This document shows positions 28,440 through 37,963 of a stretch of DNA of 53,340 nucleotides, one piece after another. Location: the NCBI GenBank assembly GCA_035312185.1, contig DATGCI010000255.1, positions 1-53,340 of the forward strand, read 5' to 3'. Both the position numbers and the translations under genes were made by a program. Origin of the DNA: a bacterium (GTDB taxonomy: Bacteria; Fidelibacterota; UBA2242; JAFGTP01). A model generated the notes under the pieces. The model saw nothing but the letters and a program-made list of their open reading frames with translations, made no database searches and had not been told where the DNA came from. Numbering within the stretch: the first letter of the stretch is position 1; every line of letters starts with the position of its first letter.

Positions 28440-28784
28440 TTATATTTGAAATTTTTCTAATTTATCATCTTGATAAGCCTGATAAGCCTCTTTTAGATTC
28501 ATGTTATGAGCACCGGAATAGACCTCCATGTTTATTTTTTCAAGAGCACGCGCAGCATTGCCACCGGGGCCATTACCTGTAATCAGCACATCAGGATTAA
28601 TGTCAGCGAATTTTTGGGCTGTCTGCGGACCGGCACCATGGGCAACATTTGCTATTTCGCGATTGTCATGGCTCACCAGTTCATCTTTTTCCTGGTCATA
28701 GACCACAATGAAATCAGTTCTTCCAAAGCGGGGATCGATTTGTGAATCCCAGTTCTGTCCTTTTGCTGTAAATGCAATTTTCAT
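28440..28784 (-). CDS. NifX/NifB-C-terminal-like (COG1433) metallocluster-binding domain protein
   Basis: MKIAFTAKG...DPRFGR...; 114 aa; typical architecture of this family. Confidence 0.8.
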   Translation of the reverse strand: MKIAFTAKGQNWDSQIDPRFGRTDFIVVYDQEKDELVSHDNREIANVAHGAGPQTAQKFADINPDVLITGNGPGGNAARALEKINMEVYSGAHNMNLKEAYQAYQDDKLEKFQI

Positions 28785-28934
28785 AAGTAACTCCTTTTTT
28801 AACTATTAGTTATTATTTCACTTTTTGTTCATTCAAATCAACTTATTCGATAGTTTTATTTTGTCAATGTTACAAAATTCACACTATGAATATTTTTCTT
28901 AATAATATATCAAAAAACTTCTCATCAAATCTGG

Positions 28935-29567
28935 CTAAACATTTACATTACAATCGCACCTTACACTAGCGATTATATCCTGTTCGCCAAAACGGGACTT
29001 GCTAAAATTGTAAATTGTTCCTTTTTCTAAATTACTATTGTGCATAATTTGGCTGGATACCTGTTTTTCTTCTATAAATCCAGCCCGCTCAATTTCTTGC
29101 TTCAATTCATTTACGGATGTCTTGCTTAATTCAATCAAGGGGAAATTATCAGCAGTATGCTTCGGAAAAATTGACAGCAATCCCTGAATTTTTAGAATTC
29201 GATATAATTCCTTAAACAAGCTGGCCCGCTCTTTTTTGTCAAAAAAGTGCAGCACATCATAAAGTAAAATAACATCAAAGAAATCATTATCAAATTCCGT
29301 GTAAAAACTGCCAGTAGTTTTTACAATTGTTAGGTTATTAAGTGAGGCCTGTTCAGCTTTATTTTGAACTTTATTTAGGCTGGAATTGTTTTGATCAAGA
29401 GCAAAGACCTGGCCTTTCGGGTTAGTAATCCGGGCTGCAGGAATGCTGTAAGTTCCCTTGCCGCAACCAAAATCCAGAATCCTATCCTGACTCTCGATTC
29501 CGACTTTTTTTAAGAGTTGTATTGCCAGATCATTTTCCCAGTTTTCTGTCCAATTATTCATGATCAC
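28935..29567 (-). CDS. Class I SAM-dependent methyltransferase
   Basis: Motif I ILDFGCGKGTYS; 210 aa; start uncertain (GTG 29567 or ATG 29561). Confidence 0.75.
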   Translation of the reverse strand: MIMNNWTENWENDLAIQLLKKVGIESQDRILDFGCGKGTYSIPAARITNPKGQVFALDQNNSSLNKVQNKAEQASLNNLTIVKTTGSFYTEFDNDFFDVILLYDVLHFFDKKERASLFKELYRILKIQGLLSIFPKHTADNFPLIELSKTSVNELKQEIERAGFIEEKQVSSQIMHNSNLEKGTIYNFSKSRFGEQDIIASVRCDCNVNV

Positions 29568-29617
29568 CCAACTTTTTTGAAAATAGTCTCAATTAATATT
29601 GCGCTCAACATAGACTG

Positions 29618-30016
29618 TTAATCCCTAAACACCAGATGTTTCCGCTCTCTACCTTTCTCCCATTCTGACTCAATTAAGTCCAGGTTGTCTTCAACTTTCT
29701 TAAGTCCGTCCTGCAAATTTTCTTGACCAATAACAATACAGACAAATTTTTTGCGAATACGCTTTATATTGGGACCAAAAACCCGGGAGCAGACCACCTG
29801 AACATTTTCCTGCTTTAATAGTTGAGCAATACCTTTGGCTTTTTTAGGATCGGCATGGACTTCTTCTTCCTCATCAACTGTATTATCAATAGTTGTTATA
29901 TGCTGGAATTGATTATCCTTTAACCGATAGATTTTGTAAAGATTAGCATCGCCAAAATGGCGGTCAATAAATTTTTTACCATCATCAGTTGCTAGAGCAA
30001 TTTTCATATCTTTCAT
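29618..30016 (-). CDS. NifX/NifB-C-terminal-like (COG1433) domain protein
   Basis: MKIALATDDG...RHFGD...; Shine-Dalgarno AGGAGA 7 nt upstream. Confidence 0.8.
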   Translation of the reverse strand: MKDMKIALATDDGKKFIDRHFGDANLYKIYRLKDNQFQHITTIDNTVDEEEEVHADPKKAKGIAQLLKQENVQVVCSRVFGPNIKRIRKKFVCIVIGQENLQDGLKKVEDNLDLIESEWEKGRERKHLVFRD

Positions 30017-30034
30017 ATTGTTTTCTCCTGATTT

Positions 30035-30919
30035 TTAGTGCTTACCTGTTGCTGATTTCTTAATTTTATTCCAATATTTTTCAACTTTTTTACCAACACC
30101 CTTTTCATCAAATTCTACGATAGTTTGTCCGGCTGTCATGGATTTGGTGAAATTTTTGTCATAAGGTAGATCGCCAAAATGTTCAATTCCTTTTTCTTTG
30201 AGGAACTCCATTATCTCCTCAGTTTTGCCTGGATTGAGATCGGCTTTGTTGATAATACAGCCAGCCGGGATTTTGAATTTTTTGACCAGTTCGTAAACCC
30301 TTTTCAGGTCGTGGATCCCAGAACTGGTCGGCTCAGTGACTAGAACAACAAAATCAGCCCCTGAAAGAGATGAAACCACCGGACAACCAATTCCCGGTGA
30401 ACCATCTACTAAAATCCAGTCCAGTCCTTTTTCTTCAGCAATTTTATTGGCTTCTTGTTTTACTTTTGCAACCAGTTTGCCGGAATTCTCTGCCCCAATA
30501 TCAAGACGGGCATGCATCATAGGAGAGCCTGTCTTGACAGTAGATCGGTACAATTGACCAATATTTTGTTCGATCATTGTGATAGCATCAATAGGACAGA
30601 CATGGTAACAATAACTACAGCCTTCACATTCTAGAGGTAGAACTTCGTATTTACCGTCGATAACTTCTATAGCGTCAAAGCGGCAAACCTCGGCGCAACG
30701 ATTGCAATTGATACACTTTTCATGGTCAATCTCTGGTAATTCTCCGCTGTAAAAATCTTCAGAATGAGCAAAATCAGGTTGCATCAATAAATGCATATCA
30801 GCAGCATCAACATCACAGTCAGCAAGAATAGCCTCCTGCCCGGCCAGCATTCCCAGGGAGGCCGCTATACTGGTTTTTCCGGCGCCACCTTTTCCGGAAA
30901 TTATTACTATTTCTTTCAT
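30035..30919 (-). CDS. MinD/ParA-type P-loop ATPase with inserted 2x[4Fe-4S] ferredoxin domain (COG1149-like)
   Basis: SGKGGAGKTS; CINCNRCAEVC and CEGCSYCYHVCP. Confidence 0.85.
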   Translation of the reverse strand: MKEIVIISGKGGAGKTSIAASLGMLAGQEAILADCDVDAADMHLLMQPDFAHSEDFYSGELPEIDHEKCINCNRCAEVCRFDAIEVIDGKYEVLPLECEGCSYCYHVCPIDAITMIEQNIGQLYRSTVKTGSPMMHARLDIGAENSGKLVAKVKQEANKIAEEKGLDWILVDGSPGIGCPVVSSLSGADFVVLVTEPTSSGIHDLKRVYELVKKFKIPAGCIINKADLNPGKTEEIMEFLKEKGIEHFGDLPYDKNFTKSMTAGQTIVEFDEKGVGKKVEKYWNKIKKSATGKH

Positions 30920-31782
30920 TGTTCACCTCTCTTCGTGCGTTCTGTAATAAATTTTTCTACTTTTTTCAGTTCTTGTTCAACTTCAGCGACCTGTTCAAAT
31001 AACAGTTTGCCATTGGAATAAAGTTCTGCAATTTGCCGGCTGTCCGGAATTCTAGCCAGAATTTCGATATTTTCATCCTGGCAATATTGGTAAACATCCT
31101 GATTACCAATCCCATCCCGGTTGACAATTACATAAAAATCTTTTTCTAATTTTTGCATAGTATCAACGGAAAGCTTGAGGTCATGAAGTCCAAATGGTGT
31201 AGGTTCGGTGACCAGGAAAACTAGATCTGCAGCTTTGGTCGCCTCTATAACAGGACAAGAAGTTCCCGGTGGTGAGTCATAAATTTTTAAAATAGGTTTA
31301 TCAAAATTTTCATCAACATATTCAATGGTCTGAGAGATGAGAGGAACGGCCTGCTCTTCACCAATATTGAGCTTACTTTCGACAAAGTCGAGTCCATTCT
31401 CCTTAATATGGCGCAGTTGTCCCATTTCCTTATCAACCATTGGTAGCGCCTCGACAGGACACAATTCTGAACAGGCAAAACAACTATGGCAAAGTTTGGG
31501 AAACACCAAAATTTCATCCATGATCTGAGTAATGGCATTGAAATTACAAATCTGACGGCATTCGCCACACAAAGTGCATTTATCTTCCTGCCATTCAGGT
31601 ACTTTTACATACATTTTTTCTTCATGAAAAGTTTCACCTTCAATAAATATACCAGAGTTAGGTTCTTCCACATCTAGATCAGTTAGAACAACCTGTCTGC
31701 TGGAGGAAAGGTAGGCAGCCAGATTGGTCGCCAGCGTGGTTTTCCCTGTCCCTCCTTTTCCACTCGCAATTGCTATTTTCAT
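30916..31782 (-). CDS. MinD/ParA-type P-loop ATPase with inserted ferredoxin domain (COG1149-like), paralog
   Basis: SGKGGTGKTT; CTLCGECRQIC and CHSCFACSELCP; 4-nt overlap with the downstream paralog. Confidence 0.85.
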   Translation of the reverse strand: MKIAIASGKGGTGKTTLATNLAAYLSSSRQVVLTDLDVEEPNSGIFIEGETFHEEKMYVKVPEWQEDKCTLCGECRQICNFNAITQIMDEILVFPKLCHSCFACSELCPVEALPMVDKEMGQLRHIKENGLDFVESKLNIGEEQAVPLISQTIEYVDENFDKPILKIYDSPPGTSCPVIEATKAADLVFLVTEPTPFGLHDLKLSVDTMQKLEKDFYVIVNRDGIGNQDVYQYCQDENIEILARIPDSRQIAELYSNGKLLFEQVAEVEQELKKVEKFITERTKRGEQ

Positions 31783-31843
31783 TGTTGCTCCATTATTCTT
31801 AAAGTAATTAGATATTCATATTTCTATTCATCAGTTATCAAAT

Positions 31844-32572
31844 TTAAGATAATTCGGCTACCAGATTATCCACCATTTTAGAAGCCTTGCCCTGCAAGAA
31901 TACATCAGTAATTTCTCGGGTAAAATTAGAACGATTAGTATTGATTTCAATAATACTTGCCCCATTGCGTTTGGCAATAAAGGGAATTTGGGAAGCCGGG
32001 ACTACTTCTCCAGTCGAACCGATGATCAGAAATACATCAGCGATTTCAGCCTCCTTGAATGAATTGGTTCGAGCTGGTTCTGGAATAGCTTCACCAAAAA
32101 AGATGAAATCCGGCTTGTAAACCTGGCCGCAATTATTACAACTAGGTGGGAGCTGATCCAGGTCAATCTTTGTTGCTTTCTTGCGATTTTTGCAATTGGT
32201 ACAGACCATCTCCCGAGAATTGCCGTGAAATTCATACACTTTACTACTACCAGCTTCCTGGTGTAAATTATCAATATTCTGAGTAATAACAGCGTCTATA
32301 TAACCCTGATCTTCCATCTCAGCCAATCCAATATGAGCCGGATTTGGTTTTGCTTGACCGAAAAAATCATAAAAAATTTCTTTAATAAGATGCCAGGAAT
32401 CTTCAGGATTTGTTCTGAAATAAGATATATCCAGGATTCTGGGATTATATTTATTCCAGAGGCCATTGGGACCTCGAAAGGGCGGTATCCCGCTCTCTAC
32501 TGAAATCCCTGCGCCAGTAAAAGCTGTCACATGCTCTGCATTCTGGATGATTTCTGCTGCTTTTTCGATCAT
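31844..32572 (-). CDS. cobB: NAD-dependent protein deacylase (Sir2 family)
   Basis: GAGISVESGIPPFRG; QNIDNLH; zinc ribbon CTNC...CNNCG. Confidence 0.88.
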   Translation of the reverse strand: MIEKAAEIIQNAEHVTAFTGAGISVESGIPPFRGPNGLWNKYNPRILDISYFRTNPEDSWHLIKEIFYDFFGQAKPNPAHIGLAEMEDQGYIDAVITQNIDNLHQEAGSSKVYEFHGNSREMVCTNCKNRKKATKIDLDQLPPSCNNCGQVYKPDFIFFGEAIPEPARTNSFKEAEIADVFLIIGSTGEVVPASQIPFIAKRNGASIIEINTNRSNFTREITDVFLQGKASKMVDNLVAELS

Positions 32573-32598
32573 ATATAGAATTCAGTTCCTTTCTTATT

Positions 32599-34476
32599 TT
32601 AGTTGCGTAAACTTAAAGCTACTTCATATCCTGAGCGAATGGCATCCTGGGCTTTGCCTACTCTTTTGGCATCACCTGCAAATTGATAATCAATCTGATC
32701 TTCCAGCTCATCGGAAAGAGGATCATAGGATTTCATACCGGCTGCCAGAATTATATTATCTATATTTTCTATCTTTTTAGTTTTAATTTTTTCATCTTCA
32801 TCAACTTCAAGTTCGGCAGTTGTGTTTTTTATTTTTACCACCCGATGATTAGTCAGAATTTTGACCTGATTGTTTTTTAATTTTTTCATAGTCAGAGCCT
32901 TTTCAATCATTTCCATGCCCTCAGCCACGCTTTCCAGCATTTCTACAATAATTACCTCATTGCCATTATCGGTCAATTTTGAAGCCATTTCTATTCCGAT
33001 CAATCCTCCACCAATTATCAAAATACGCTGATCTTTTGGCAAATTTTTCTCGAGCAGAAAATCAGCCCAATAATATTCGTCCAGGCCTTCGATAGGTGGT
33101 ACTGCAGGAACGGCTCCAGTTGCCAGAATAATCTTAGAAAATCCATTATTCATGAGGTCTTCTCGTGTTGCTTCTTCACAATGCACTTCAATATTCCGGT
33201 TTTCTATTTCTTCTCTGTAGTAGTCAATGATTCTTTTCAGGCTCTCTTTTTTTGGTGGTAAATGAGCAAGATTAAATTGTCCGCCCAGTTTCTCTTTTTC
33301 ATAAAGGACGACATCGTGTCCAATTGTATCAAGAGTAAGTGCGGCTTCCATTCCGGCCAAACCTCCTCCAACAATCGCATATTTTTTCTTGTCTTCAGTT
33401 AGTTCAGGTTCAGGCAGGATTTCACCAACTCTGGGATTGACAACGCAGTGCAATCCTTTGCCACCTTTCACGCCACCCAGGCAACCCTCTGAGCAAGCCA
33501 GACAAGGGCGAAAAGGCCCATCTACTTTCTGAAGATATTTACCAACAAAGTCCGGATCGGCCAGCAGTGCTCTTCCAATTGCCATATAATCGGCCATGCC
33601 TTCATAGCGAATCTTCTGTATGTCTTCACTGGCATTAATTTTTCCAACAGCAATCACCGGCACATCAACAAATTTTTTAATTTCACTGGCCATATTCCAG
33701 GTTTTACCTTTGGGAACGAACATATGCTGAAAATACCAGGGCGGTGTTGAGCAAACAGTTCCGGCTGAAACATGAATTGCTTCGATTCCTTGATTTGCTA
33801 AAATTTTTGAAAATTTGACCATGTCCTTGAGTCTAATACCATCATCAATCATTTCATCACCACTTAAACGGGCAATTACAGGTATATCAACACTATTTTT
33901 GACTGCTTCTAGAACCTGAATCGGAAATTTTATTCTGTTTTCAAAATTGCCTCCATATTGATCATCTCTATCATTGACCTGGGGAGATAGAAATTGAGCC
34001 AGAAGGTAGCCGTGGCCAAATTGAAGTTCAACAAAATCAAAATCAGCTTTTTCTGCTCTTTTGGCAGCTTTAGTGAAAAGATTGACCACTCCTTGCATAC
34101 CTTTGGTATCCAGTTTTTCAGGAGTAGCACCGCCATTTTCACAGGCTTTGTCAGTTGAAGAAACATGGTAATTGCCGGGAATTTTAGGATTTGCCATCCG
34201 ACCTGGGTGATTTAGATGGGCAATTACTTTTGTGCCCTGCTCATGTAAAAGAGCGGTTAATTTTTGCAGTCCAGGAATTTTGTCATCATTATCAATTCCT
34301 AATTGCGTTGGAATTTCCCGTAAACCTTTATCAAGAAAAAAAGGCTCGGGAGTCACAGCACCTAGATGCTCTCCTCTCTCTTCATAAAAATTGAGGTGGC
34401 GTTGATTGATCTTTCCATCTTTACTGTAACCAAGTTTGATTGGCGCCAGGATGAATTGATTCTTTAATTCTAACAT
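32599..34476 (-). CDS. OYE-like FMN / [4Fe-4S] / FAD-NAD(P)H oxidoreductase (2,4-dienoyl-CoA reductase / NADH:flavin oxidoreductase family)
   Basis: HLNHPGRMAN; CLACSEGC-x11-C cluster motif; GGGLAGMEAA and IGGGLIGIEMA folds. Start reassigned to ATG 34476 (MLELKNQ) with GGAGG 5 nt upstream. Confidence 0.85.
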   Translation of the reverse strand: MLELKNQFILAPIKLGYSKDGKINQRHLNFYEERGEHLGAVTPEPFFLDKGLREIPTQLGIDNDDKIPGLQKLTALLHEQGTKVIAHLNHPGRMANPKIPGNYHVSSTDKACENGGATPEKLDTKGMQGVVNLFTKAAKRAEKADFDFVELQFGHGYLLAQFLSPQVNDRDDQYGGNFENRIKFPIQVLEAVKNSVDIPVIARLSGDEMIDDGIRLKDMVKFSKILANQGIEAIHVSAGTVCSTPPWYFQHMFVPKGKTWNMASEIKKFVDVPVIAVGKINASEDIQKIRYEGMADYMAIGRALLADPDFVGKYLQKVDGPFRPCLACSEGCLGGVKGGKGLHCVVNPRVGEILPEPELTEDKKKYAIVGGGLAGMEAALTLDTIGHDVVLYEKEKLGGQFNLAHLPPKKESLKRIIDYYREEIENRNIEVHCEEATREDLMNNGFSKIILATGAVPAVPPIEGLDEYYWADFLLEKNLPKDQRILIIGGGLIGIEMASKLTDNGNEVIIVEMLESVAEGMEMIEKALTMKKLKNNQVKILTNHRVVKIKNTTAELEVDEDEKIKTKKIENIDNIILAAGMKSYDPLSDELEDQIDYQFAGDAKRVGKAQDAIRSGYEVALSLRN

Positions 34477-34587
34477 TTGTTCCTCCCATACTTTCATTAA
34501 TCTACTCAAACTTTCTAATTAGACTGGATGGTGTCCCTCGATTTGAAACCCATCTTACAGCCACCTCTCCTTACGCCATGATATATT

Positions 34588-35235
34588 TTATTTTGTTGCT
34601 CCTAATAATCTTACGTATTTAAACAGGAATAAATTTTCACTGAAACTCTGAAAACCTGTCTGCGACAATATTTCTTTCCAATTTTTATCGATGTAATCAA
34701 AAGCATAGGGACACTCTAGAAGTTTAAAAGGGTATCGGACAATAAAGGGCTTAGAATCCAGGTCAAATTCATTGTAGTCAAGGATGAAAAAAGTACCTCC
34801 AGGTTTCAAGGCTTTATAAGCATTCTCTATAATTCGCTGTCTGACCTGATGAGGGAATCCATGTAAAACAAATGAAATGAAGACTTTGTCAAATTCCTGT
34901 TCATATTCCAGCGGTTTATCAATGCGTTGATTGTGGATCTCCATATTGGGAAATTGCCGGGTTTTTTCTTTGAATTGTTCTATCATCTCTGCTCCAATAT
35001 CAAGAGCGGTGATCTGACCCTCCTCGGAAAGATATTTTTGCATTAATAATGCATTACGGCCAGTTCCGGCTCCAAGGTCTAGAATCTTATCTTCAGGAGA
35101 AATATCCATCATCGCAATAGTTCGGCGAATGAAAAATGGATATATTCCCAGAGTTGCAATATTCAGCAATACATCGTAATGCCTGGCAAGCCAGGGCGTG
35201 AGTTCAACTTCTGAGTCAGGATATAATTTTGCCAT
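34588..35235 (-). CDS. Class I SAM-dependent methyltransferase (UbiE-like)
   Basis: Motif I ILDLGAGTGRNA; 215 aa; Shine-Dalgarno AAGGAG. Confidence 0.8.
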   Translation of the reverse strand: MAKLYPDSEVELTPWLARHYDVLLNIATLGIYPFFIRRTIAMMDISPEDKILDLGAGTGRNALLMQKYLSEEGQITALDIGAEMIEQFKEKTRQFPNMEIHNQRIDKPLEYEQEFDKVFISFVLHGFPHQVRQRIIENAYKALKPGGTFFILDYNEFDLDSKPFIVRYPFKLLECPYAFDYIDKNWKEILSQTGFQSFSENLFLFKYVRLLGATK

Positions 35236-35300
35236 AGGTGCTCCTTAAAATTTCTGGTCTCTTTTAGTTGCTTTCCGATTTTACTCTTCGCAATTTACTC

Positions 35301-35570
35301 TTATTCCCAGTATTTTTTAATTTCCTTATTGAAATCAGGAAAATAATTACCAATCTGTTTTAATTTGAATTTTGACAAAATTGATTCTTTGGATTCTCTT
35401 TCCAGGAGGAATTCAAAGGACTTCTCAATGAGTTCTTTTTTGGAAATCTTGCCTTCAGTCAAATCCTGGTAACATTCGGGCTCCAGAATCACGATGTGAT
35501 CAGAATAACCACTATCTTCGGTTACCATTACTCTGTATTGGTTTTCAGTGATCTTGTTAACTTCTACCAT
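35301..35570 (-). CDS. Hypothetical protein (89 aa)
   Basis: Start moved to ATG 35570 (MVEVNKI) preceded by AAGGAG at 5-nt spacing; no recognised domain. Confidence 0.45.
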   Translation of the reverse strand: MVEVNKITENQYRVMVTEDSGYSDHIVILEPECYQDLTEGKISKKELIEKSFEFLLERESKESILSKFKLKQIGNYFPDFNKEIKKYWE

Positions 35571-35677
35571 TTTTACTCCTTCCTTTATCTGTTTCCAATT
35601 TGCAATTGAAAACAATGTTTAGTAAGGATTTCCTGTAATTTTTCAATTTATAAATATTTCCAACCATTTCATTTTTT

Positions 35678-36898
35678 CTATTTTTGACAGTTCAGCTGAT
35701 AGATGAAATACAATGAACTAAAAATTAAAAAGATTACAATTAGAAAAAATATCCGAAAGCTAAACTGATCGATTAACCATCCTCCGATTAATGGAAAAAT
35801 TACCGGCAGAATATTTCCAGCACCTGTTAAACCTGTATAAAGCGCTCGATTTTTGTTAGTGGTCACTTCCAGCAAAATTCCGCTGATCACAACTCTATGA
35901 AAAGCATACACAATTCCACCTCCTAAAAATATATAGGGAAACAGAACAGCACCTGGAAAAATGAGCAATAAAAGCGGAATAAAAACAGCCAGAAAAGTGG
36001 TTATATAAAGAAGATAATGATAGCGCAATTTTTTAGCATAATAGAACATTATACTGCCGGTGACTACTCCGCCGATAACTTTTAAAAGTAGATAGTTACC
36101 AATATTGTGGGTATCAGCACCAAATGTTTGTTTGGCATATAAAATGAGAAAAGGCAGAAGAATCAGAGTCAGGCCCTGAGTATTAAGGATCATTAAATAA
36201 CTGGGAAGTCTTTTATTGTTTTTGAATTCCTGAAGGGTGACCTGAAAGAAAGCCTTGATATTACTGATTTTTAGATGTTCGGCTGCAACCTCTTTTATCT
36301 TCCAGAAACCTAGCGAGGCCAGGCCTAGCAAAACACCAGCGATAATAAATAAATAGGAATAATTATCCGGATAGGAATGGGTGCGCAGAATCCGCCGTGC
36401 AAAATAGGCTGAGACAAGGATGCCCAAACTGGAGGCGACCTGCTTAATAGAAAAGAAGTGCTTGCGTCGCTCTTCCAATATGGATTTACCCAAAATATCA
36501 GTGTAATTAATATTGGCAAAACCACCACTAACTGAAAAGATAAAAATGAGAAGGAAAATAGCAAGAATTACCAGACCATTAGCAATAAGATCAGAAAAAA
36601 TAAAAAGCAGGGCCATTCCAAACAATGCTACTATTCGAGTATTTATACCAATTAGCAGGTATCTTTTTTTAAAGCGTTTATTGCTCAATGAGGGGGCAAA
36701 AACCAGCTGGGCCAATTTACCACCACCGATCATGATTGCTGTCAATATTCCAATATGAAGGGAAGACCCTCCAGCATCAACCATCATGGCGGGAATTACA
36801 GTATCAATATCCATAAAATTTTTGGCCAATGCTAACAAAGTAGCGTGCCATAAAAAGGAATAATAGTTGTTTTTCGATATTTTCTGGGTCAGTTTCAT
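35678..36898 (-). CDS. MFS-type transporter
   Basis: 406 aa; about 12 hydrophobic segments in a 6+6 arrangement. Confidence 0.7.
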   Translation of the reverse strand: MKLTQKISKNNYYSFLWHATLLALAKNFMDIDTVIPAMMVDAGGSSLHIGILTAIMIGGGKLAQLVFAPSLSNKRFKKRYLLIGINTRIVALFGMALLFIFSDLIANGLVILAIFLLIFIFSVSGGFANINYTDILGKSILEERRKHFFSIKQVASSLGILVSAYFARRILRTHSYPDNYSYLFIIAGVLLGLASLGFWKIKEVAAEHLKISNIKAFFQVTLQEFKNNKRLPSYLMILNTQGLTLILLPFLILYAKQTFGADTHNIGNYLLLKVIGGVVTGSIMFYYAKKLRYHYLLYITTFLAVFIPLLLLIFPGAVLFPYIFLGGGIVYAFHRVVISGILLEVTTNKNRALYTGLTGAGNILPVIFPLIGGWLIDQFSFRIFFLIVIFLIFSSLYFIYQLNCQK

Positions 36899-36950
36899 AG
36901 CAATCGGTCTATCCTATTCATTTAATGATGTTGTCTAAATATCAGCTATA

Positions 36951-37373
36951 TTATCTTTCTCTGACCATTGTTGTGTTACATTGCGGGCATCTAATCTCAA
37001 AACAGGGCTGACCGCGTCGATGGGGCTCCCGATGTCCGCAATCAGGACATACACAATATCCGCCCGGGCCACTTCCGGCTCCAGGTCCCTGACCGCTGCC
37101 TCCACGACCGCCACCCTGACCTGTTCCCATACTGCGACTACCAGCATTTCTCTGAGATCCGGCAGCTCCCGCAGTTTGAGTAGTTCTGGTCGCGCTATCA
37201 TTTTCTACAATGATCGCATCAACAGGACAGGCTTGCGCTGCCGCTTCAATACAGGCGGCTTCAGGGTCTTTGACTTTGGCTTTCATGCCATCCATTTCAA
37301 AACCCTGAGGACAGGTGTTCACGCAAATATTACATCCTATACAGGTTTCCGGGTTAACTTTTACTTTTGCCAT
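36951..37373 (-). CDS. [4Fe-4S]/[3Fe-4S] ferredoxin fused through a Gly/Arg-rich linker to a C-terminal Cys4 zinc-ribbon-like module
   Basis: CIGCNICVNTCP...CP; linker GTGQGGGRGGSGQGPGAGSGPGG; CVCPDCGH...CPQCN. Confidence 0.75.
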   Translation of the reverse strand: MAKVKVNPETCIGCNICVNTCPQGFEMDGMKAKVKDPEAACIEAAAQACPVDAIIVENDSATRTTQTAGAAGSQRNAGSRSMGTGQGGGRGGSGQGPGAGSGPGGYCVCPDCGHREPHRRGQPCFEIRCPQCNTTMVRER

Positions 37374-37384
37374 AATGAGCCTCT

Positions 37385-37948
37385 TTATTTAATGTTCTTC
37401 GATTTTTTGTAGTTTTTCTCTCCGGCTTGAATTTCTACTTCCAGCCAATTAGCAGGAGGAACAAAAGGGCAGGCGTAGTTTTCATTGAAAGCGCACCAGG
37501 GGAGTGTTGCATAATTAAAGTCAAGAATCCATTTTCCGGCTTCAGTTTGATGTTCCCCATAATAAAGATCCATATAACGACCAGCTCCATAACTTTCTTT
37601 ATCATTGGTCTTATCTTTATAAGGAATGAAAAGCCGGTCTTCACCAACTCTGCTTTTGTAAGCTTCCAGTGTGCACTGCTTTCCATTTACCCGAAAATGG
37701 AACTTGCCCCAGATCAACATGTCGCGAATGTTACCTGCTGTATCATTGACTTCGATTGGTTCCTTATCTTTGAGTTCATCGAGTTCCAAAATAATGCGAA
37801 GATCATTATTGAGCGGATAATATTCCAGCCCTTTGAAATTCGCTCGCTCATCCAGAGGTATCGGGGAGGACGAATTGGTTTTGAAAAATTCGTCTTTGCG
37901 CTTTCTATGTATTTCGAGGTCTTTTAATAATCTATCAGTTTTTTGCAT
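37385..37948 (-). CDS. DUF1684 domain-containing protein
   Basis: 187 aa; N-terminal RKRKDEFFKTNSSSPIP...FKGLEYYP pattern typical of DUF1684 (recognised by eye). Confidence 0.6.
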   Translation of the reverse strand: MQKTDRLLKDLEIHRKRKDEFFKTNSSSPIPLDERANFKGLEYYPLNNDLRIILELDELKDKEPIEVNDTAGNIRDMLIWGKFHFRVNGKQCTLEAYKSRVGEDRLFIPYKDKTNDKESYGAGRYMDLYYGEHQTEAGKWILDFNYATLPWCAFNENYACPFVPPANWLEVEIQAGEKNYKKSKNIK

Positions 37949-37963
37949 TTCAACCTCCTGATT

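Noticed and set aside
28867-28884. Rex-like site ATGTTACAAAATTCACAC upstream of the NifX-like/CoADR-like genes
   Set aside because: The right half-site is good, but the left half matches only 4 of 7 positions. It is too weak to report as a feature.
28440-30016. Interpreting the NifX-like genes (also 43896..44264) as nitrogen-fixation genes
   Set aside because: These are small stand-alone COG1433-type domains. No nifH, nifDK, nifEN or nifB is present, and the family is widespread in non-diazotrophic anaerobes.
36935-37412. Long ORFs 36935..37201 (-) and 36981..37412 (+) overlapping the ferredoxin gene, and the locally high G+C as a possible foreign insertion
   Set aside because: They lie in alternative frames of the Gly/Arg/Ala-rich linker of 36951..37373, which has clear ferredoxin and zinc-ribbon motifs. 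GC-rich, stop-poor codons explain both the spurious ORFs and the composition spike. There are no flanking repeats or mobility genes.
37427-37927. 166-aa plus-strand ORF antisense to the DUF1684 gene
   Set aside because: It overlaps a minus-strand gene that has a Shine-Dalgarno site and operon context. It has no motifs and a low-complexity hydrophobic composition. The same reasoning applies to the other antisense or alternative-frame track ORFs, for example 26169..26570, 2801..3148, 41168..41464, 13289..13570 and 52211..52522.
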